Source: a virus (taxonomy: Duplodnaviria; Heunggongvirae; Uroviricota; Caudoviricetes). From it: DNA of 11,980 nt. This document shows positions 7,173 through 11,980 of the stretch, piece after piece. The notes under the pieces are model-generated. The model did not search any database, had not been told where the DNA came from, and worked only from the letters and a program-made list of their open reading frames with translations. The stretch's first letter is position 1; every line of letters begins with the position of its first letter. Both the position numbers and the translations under genes were made by a program. The DNA is taken from positions 1 to 11,980 of IMG/VR virus record IMGVR_UViG_2537562191_000041. One strand, given 5' to 3'.

Positions 7173-10100
7173 TTGAAAGAGAATAAAGACCGTATCGCAA
7201 TAATTGACGCTATTCAGGAAGCGAGCACAAACGAACTTAAAGCTCTTGCTGAGGTAAAAGACGCCATTCTTTCTGGGGCAAGCACCATAACTCAACAGGA
7301 CGAAAGGCAAGGCAGAGTTAGCAACAGACTATCACGCAGGCGTAAAGAGTACGAGCAAAGTACATCTGATAGCGTTAGAGATGTCCAAACTAACCCATAT
7401 AAAAAACGTCTCACTGCTAAAAAGGAAAGGGCACCGATAAACCAAACCGTGGACCGCGCTATCGTTGCAACGAACACACCAGAAAGTGTTCGCTCCGTGC
7501 AATCACGTCAGACCATCCGAAAATCGGACGGTTTTATACCGGTAGCTGCTAATTCAGCCCCTCTTGAACCACAATCCCCCCAAAGTCTAAAAGGCCCGCT
7601 GCGGGATAGTAATGGACGTTTTGTATCCCAGAAAAGCAATGAGGATGTAGCCAGAAAAAAAGAAATGCAGAACGCACGTAAAGCCGACGCAAAATTACAA
7701 GCTGGCTTTCTCAGAAAGCTAGGTTCCATTATGGGGGTAGATGGCAATCAGTCTTCCAGTGAAGAGTCTTTAACAAATGCAGCTGGTGTCGGTGCTGGTG
7801 GGCCGTTATGGATGGCGGCTCGTGGCATGTACGACATAACTAAAGAGATCACAGGTAAAGCAGAATCTCTTAAAGAATGGGTAGAAAAGGGGAAAAAAGA
7901 AACATCAACCTCGAAAGCGATATCACCAGTAATTACTTATCCGGCGGCGGTGAATTCTCAAAAAGCAACATCTGCAAAAGCGTTCAATAACGCTGTTGAG
8001 ACAAAATCCGCACAAGCAGTAGAAGAGCAAACCAAAATCCTTCAGACCAATGACAACAAAATAATTGATGGTCTGGAAAATGTTTCTGACGAGATAGTTA
8101 AGCTTCGGAAATCAGTGTCTTCTGGAAATAAGTTCGGCTTAAGTGATCTCTGGAAAAATCGAGCAAGCAGAAGAAATAAAATCAATATTGGTGATCGGGC
8201 GGGAAAAAATAAACGGAACACATCGAAAAGGAAAGGCCACAATCTTGGGAAAAAAGCACTCTCCGTTGGCGAAAAAGTTGCTGCCGGTAGCGCTGCAGCT
8301 GGCACTGGTGTCGGAACAGCCAAAGCAGTTAAAAATAAGATCAGCAAACCCAAAGATGTAAGCACTATCAGCGATACATCAAAGGGGATTGCAAAGGAAA
8401 CAAAAAATACTGCTAAGGCCGTGAAGTCAGCTGGTGTTGTGGCTGAAGATACTACCATTAAAACCGGCGAAGCCATTGCAAAGAAAAAAACTGAATCTGT
8501 AGCCCTCAAAAGTGCTGCAAAAATAGGTGTTAAATCAGCAGCATCCACAGCGGCAAGAGCGGTCCCTATCATCGGTTCGCTGGCAATGGCTGGATATGAC
8601 GCCATAGATGGTTACACAGATATAGAGGCGCAAAAGGCAGCCTTTGGTTTAAGTGACGATGATGCTGTATCCGAACAGCAAAAAACGGCTTACGCAACAG
8701 CTAATGTGCTCGATATGGGGGGCTTGGTGTCGGGCGCAACAAACTTGATAGGGAAAGGAATTTCTGCGCTAGGATTTGAAAGAGCTGGTGAAAAACTTCA
8801 GAATTTTGATACCGGAGATATTGCTCGTGGTGTTAACGGTGCAGTAGATATCACCAAATCTGTTTTTGGTAGCCTTAAGGATACATTTTTATCCACTGAC
8901 GAAAACACGAAACAAGTAAAAAAAGCGGTTGAGGATGGCACCAAGAAGACCGTCGATGCGATTCATTCTTTAGGTGAGCAGCTACAAGGCGGGCGTGATG
9001 GTGAAGATGGTGTTGGTGAGCACGGGTATACTTCCCCGGCTGAATTTAATGCCCCTGCCAGCAACACCATTGCAGCGGATCTGAATATTGGTGGCAGCAA
9101 CGCTAAAAACCGCAATTACCGGAATAATAACCTCGGCAACCTTGTTTTCGCTAATCAGGAAGGGGCTGCGCTGGAAGCACCAAATGCAAAAGGTGAACAA
9201 CGTTTTGCGCGATTTAACACGCCTGAAGAAGGGATCAGGGCGCTGGCAAACCAGGTGTCAAGCTATTACAACGGCACCAGCGCCGCTGCTGGGTATCAGA
9301 AGCTACAGACGGTATCCAGTATTATTTCCAAATGGGCACCCCCAAAGGAGAACAATACTAATCAATATATTGATAACGTCAGCAAATATCTTGGCGTCTC
9401 GCCTAATGAAAAAATAGACGTCAGCAACCCAGAAGTTATGACGCAATTAGTTCGTGCAATAGCGACGAAAGAAGGTGGAAACCCGGCGGTTAACAATGAG
9501 TTCATAAAGAATGCTCTTGGGGCATTTAACACAAACACTGGTCGATGGGAGGGACAATTCTCTGACGAAACATTGGCGCGGATTAATAAAATTCAGAAAG
9601 AAAATGGTGGTCAGCTAATTGCCCGCGATTCGCAATATAGTGTTGGTCGCAAGGTAAAATATGCTAATGGAAAATCTCCAGCTCAACCAGTTTTGAATGC
9701 CGTTCCGACAGCAACACAACAGCCAATTGAGGTTGCACAACATGCCCAGGCAGTCAAAAAGCCACAAAAAACAGGCAATCAATCGCAACCGATTAATCCA
9801 GAGAATGTTGATGTTAATACTGGCTCGCCATCAAGTCTGCTTGAGAGATTAATCGCTATAAATGACAGCGGGGTAGGTAATTTATTTGGAGGTGCGGCTA
9901 CCAGCATTGCTGGTACAAGCCTTGGCCTGATTAAGGATTTTGCGTCGGCGACTTCGTTTGGTTCTATATCTTCGCTTTCCGAAAAAGCGAAAGGAATGGA
10001 TCAGGCTCTTACTGAAAAGATATCCAGCTTAACCGGTAAATCTTTTGGATTTCAAAAAGCAAGCCAGGTAACTGATATAAGAGACGCTTTACAAAAAAGA

Positions 10101-10823
10101 CCAAAAGCTGAACGCGATATGCCTTCAGTGGATCTTCTTTCCGGTGTTTCTTCGGCAAGTGAGAGTGAAAAAATCTCTGTAAACTCAAGGGGGATTCCAG
10201 TTTATGACAATGGATACAAGGTAATTGATGGTGAAGATAAGGGGGTGCTTGGCTCTTTGTTTGACTCGTCATTAACAGGTCTGAAACGTATTAGCTCTGC
10301 TGTGTTACCTGCAATTGGCGATAACGTTTCACGACTTATTGGTGGGGTAGATGGCACTGGCATTGTTAATGATTTGGTTTATCAGGCTACTGGGCAGAAC
10401 TCAACAATTGCGAGGGCTATTAGCCCGCTTACCAGGAGCGCCGGTAGTTGGCTGAATAATGGTATTCAACAAACCGCAGATAGCATTAGAGGTATATCAA
10501 ACGAAGCCAATAATGCCATATTTGGCTCTGCGTCAGCCGTGCAAGAACCTTTTCTTGCTATGCCACCACAGCTTCCTACTGTAACAGATCTCGCACGAAG
10601 CGGAATAAGACAACCATTAACTACTGACACTATAAATAACGATCCTGCTATGTTGAAGGCGCTGGATAACATCTGCTCTATCCTGAACGACCTTCTGAAT
10701 GTGAACAAGAACAATACAAAAGGCGATCCGGATAAGGTTGTCAAAACATCGCAGCCGCAACCGCGACCACGTGCTAGCACAACTATTAATGACCCGTCGC
10801 TGGATGCTCTGCTTGAGGATTAA
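7173..10823 (+). CDS. large virion protein (1216 aa), tape-measure / Sit-like injection protein with a globular domain embedded in its C-terminal half
   Basis: TTG at 7173 is the only start codon after the in-frame TAG at 7110-7112 and has AAGAGAGG at 6-nt spacing; long A/G/K/S-rich helical-type sequence with hydrophobic Gly-rich stretches; followed directly by baseplate-type genes. Confidence 0.75.
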   Translation: MKENKDRIAIIDAIQEASTNELKALAEVKDAILSGASTITQQDERQGRVSNRLSRRRKEYEQSTSDSVRDVQTNPYKKRLTAKKERAPINQTVDRAIVATNTPESVRSVQSRQTIRKSDGFIPVAANSAPLEPQSPQSLKGPLRDSNGRFVSQKSNEDVARKKEMQNARKADAKLQAGFLRKLGSIMGVDGNQSSSEESLTNAAGVGAGGPLWMAARGMYDITKEITGKAESLKEWVEKGKKETSTSKAISPVITYPAAVNSQKATSAKAFNNAVETKSAQAVEEQTKILQTNDNKIIDGLENVSDEIVKLRKSVSSGNKFGLSDLWKNRASRRNKINIGDRAGKNKRNTSKRKGHNLGKKALSVGEKVAAGSAAAGTGVGTAKAVKNKISKPKDVSTISDTSKGIAKETKNTAKAVKSAGVVAEDTTIKTGEAIAKKKTESVALKSAAKIGVKSAASTAARAVPIIGSLAMAGYDAIDGYTDIEAQKAAFGLSDDDAVSEQQKTAYATANVLDMGGLVSGATNLIGKGISALGFERAGEKLQNFDTGDIARGVNGAVDITKSVFGSLKDTFLSTDENTKQVKKAVEDGTKKTVDAIHSLGEQLQGGRDGEDGVGEHGYTSPAEFNAPASNTIAADLNIGGSNAKNRNYRNNNLGNLVFANQEGAALEAPNAKGEQRFARFNTPEEGIRALANQVSSYYNGTSAAAGYQKLQTVSSIISKWAPPKENNTNQYIDNVSKYLGVSPNEKIDVSNPEVMTQLVRAIATKEGGNPAVNNEFIKNALGAFNTNTGRWEGQFSDETLARINKIQKENGGQLIARDSQYSVGRKVKYANGKSPAQPVLNAVPTATQQPIEVAQHAQAVKKPQKTGNQSQPINPENVDVNTGSPSSLLERLIAINDSGVGNLFGGAATSIAGTSLGLIKDFASATSFGSISSLSEKAKGMDQALTEKISSLTGKSFGFQKASQVTDIRDALQKRPKAERDMPSVDLLSGVSSASESEKISVNSRGIPVYDNGYKVIDGEDKGVLGSLFDSSLTGLKRISSAVLPAIGDNVSRLIGGVDGTGIVNDLVYQATGQNSTIARAISPLTRSAGSWLNNGIQQTADSIRGISNEANNAIFGSASAVQEPFLAMPPQLPTVTDLARSGIRQPLTTDTINNDPAMLKALDNICSILNDLLNVNKNNTKGDPDKVVKTSQPQPRPRASTTINDPSLDALLED
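7794..7801 (+). other. Chi site (5'-GCTGGTGG-3')
   Basis: Exact octamer read on the + strand. Confidence 0.6.
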
Positions 10824-10828
10824 TACAG

Positions 10829-11203
10829 ATGCTTTATGAAATAGACGCAAGACTTCAAACGAATGAGAGCGGTGTCATTATTGCAGAAGGAAGTACCGCA
10901 GCATGGATGGCCCGACTTGACGAGTGGCTACGAACCCCTGAAGGGAGTGTTTATGGTTTACCCTCTTGGGGGAATCCAATGGAAGAATTTAAGCATGAAC
11001 CATTCGGCTCTGAAACTTCGCACATAGTTGAAGTGGCTATTGAAGGGAGAATGATGAAAAAACTACGACAAGACTTGCCAGGTTTGGATGTGGAGGGGAT
11101 TCGTTGCACATCAATTTCTGAAGATTCTTTATTAATTAGTTTTTATGCGAAAGGTGGGAGCATGGATATTGTTATGCAGAAATCAAGTGGGGTGGGCGCG
11201 TGA
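10829..11203 (+). CDS. baseplate wedge protein, gp25 / GPW-like (124 aa)
   Basis: Size and motif pattern (TPEGSVYGLPSWGNPMEEF...IVEVAIEG...DLPGLDVEGI) fit the gp25/GPW family as I remember it; position directly after the tape-measure-like gene. Confidence 0.55.
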   Translation: MLYEIDARLQTNESGVIIAEGSTAAWMARLDEWLRTPEGSVYGLPSWGNPMEEFKHEPFGSETSHIVEVAIEGRMMKKLRQDLPGLDVEGIRCTSISEDSLLISFYAKGGSMDIVMQKSSGVGA

Positions 11204-11980
11204 CGATTACAGAATTACTGGACAAATTTAACGCTAAGTTAAATGAAAACACATGGTGGTCACGATTTGTAAATAGTCAGTTTGTGCAGATGCACGCTAT
11301 ATTCGGATCACAGCTTATTTATATTGCCCGTACATTTGCAAGCCGCGGCCTCACTGAGGGACTTATTTCAACGGCTACGCGCCGCTCAAGTATTTTAGCG
11401 GTTGCTGAAGACCGTAGTTACGTAGGGCGATTTGTTAGTGCTTCATACGGAACAACGTCTATAACTAATAAAACTGATCGGGATATTACGTTACCAGCCG
11501 GGGCTGAATTGCTTGCCAATGACCAAACACCTTTGGCAATTATTAATAGTGTTGTAATTCCTGCTGGAGGAACTGTTTCTGGCGTAGAAACTAAACAGCA
11601 TGAAGCTGTTAGCGTTACATTTGATATTGAGAAGGAAACTTTATTTCTGACATTGTTGCTTTCCAGAGAGTTAACAAAAGAAGTCTCCAGCCTGGATGTT
11701 TATGTTATTACAGATGGCGTAGAAGAAAAATGGACATATAACCCATTATTTAGAATGTCCAGAGACAAGAGTAAGCACTATTCATTGGCATATAAACCTA
11801 CAGAACAACTTGGAGTCAAGTTTGGTGATGGTTCTATGGGTATGATGCCTCCAGCAGGCTGTCAGGTTCGAATCGATGTTATGGCTAGCCTTGGCGACTA
11901 TACTTTGGCTGAAGGACAAAAGTTAGAACCGGCTGGAAATATCGCTCAATATGTGGAGTCACTAGAGTTTAAAACTGATT
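11200..11980 (+). CDS. baseplate J-like protein, N-terminal part (continues beyond the window)
   Basis: GTG at 11200 overlaps the upstream TGA as GTGA, suggesting translational coupling; frame is open to the window end (about 260 codons); assignment is by position after the gp25-like gene and general composition only. Confidence 0.5.
   Translation, partial: MTITELLDKFNAKLNENTWWSRFVNSQFVQMHAIFGSQLIYIARTFASRGLTEGLISTATRRSSILAVAEDRSYVGRFVSASYGTTSITNKTDRDITLPAGAELLANDQTPLAIINSVVIPAGGTVSGVETKQHEAVSVTFDIEKETLFLTLLLSRELTKEVSSLDVYVITDGVEEKWTYNPLFRMSRDKSKHYSLAYKPTEQLGVKFGDGSMGMMPPAGCQVRIDVMASLGDYTLAEGQKLEPAGNIAQYVESLEFKTD

Noticed and set aside
8042-8605. 187-aa ORF on the minus strand inside the 1216-aa gene
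   Set aside because: Antisense to a long, well-supported ORF in an Ala/Gly-rich region where antisense frames stay open by chance; no ribosome-binding site
7173-10823. Possibility that the 1216-aa protein is a polymorphic toxin (Rhs or CDI type) or an adhesin
   Set aside because: No YD or Rhs repeats and no signal peptide are visible; the composition and the neighbouring baseplate genes fit a tape-measure or injection protein better

Overview
The window reads as a mosaic piece of a P1-family phage-plasmid (or plasmid/prophage hybrid) from an enterobacterial host. Virion-type genes run on the + strand: a set of small proteins of unknown function, then a 1216-aa tape-measure/injection-like protein, a gp25/GPW-like baseplate protein and the start of a baseplate-J-like protein. 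Two discrete modules interrupt this backbone. The first is a complete 1310-bp IS3-family insertion sequence (IS629-like, 2079-3388) with imperfect terminal inverted repeats and an AAC target-site duplication; it has replaced the last codons of a 161-aa gene. The second is a complete iteron-type replicon on the minus strand: incA-like iterons, repA, five incC-like iterons at 21-bp phasing, and an origin with four GGATCTA heptamers plus a consensus DnaA box. No partition genes, CRISPR array, tRNA/rRNA or recognisable defence system were found. The most interesting unexplained items are a strongly acidic protein with a very basic C-terminal tail bracketed by hairpins (239-973), two unknown genes between the IS and the replicon, and the replicon's position inside a tail-gene block. 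All family assignments are from reading the translations and from memory of the families; no database search was possible.
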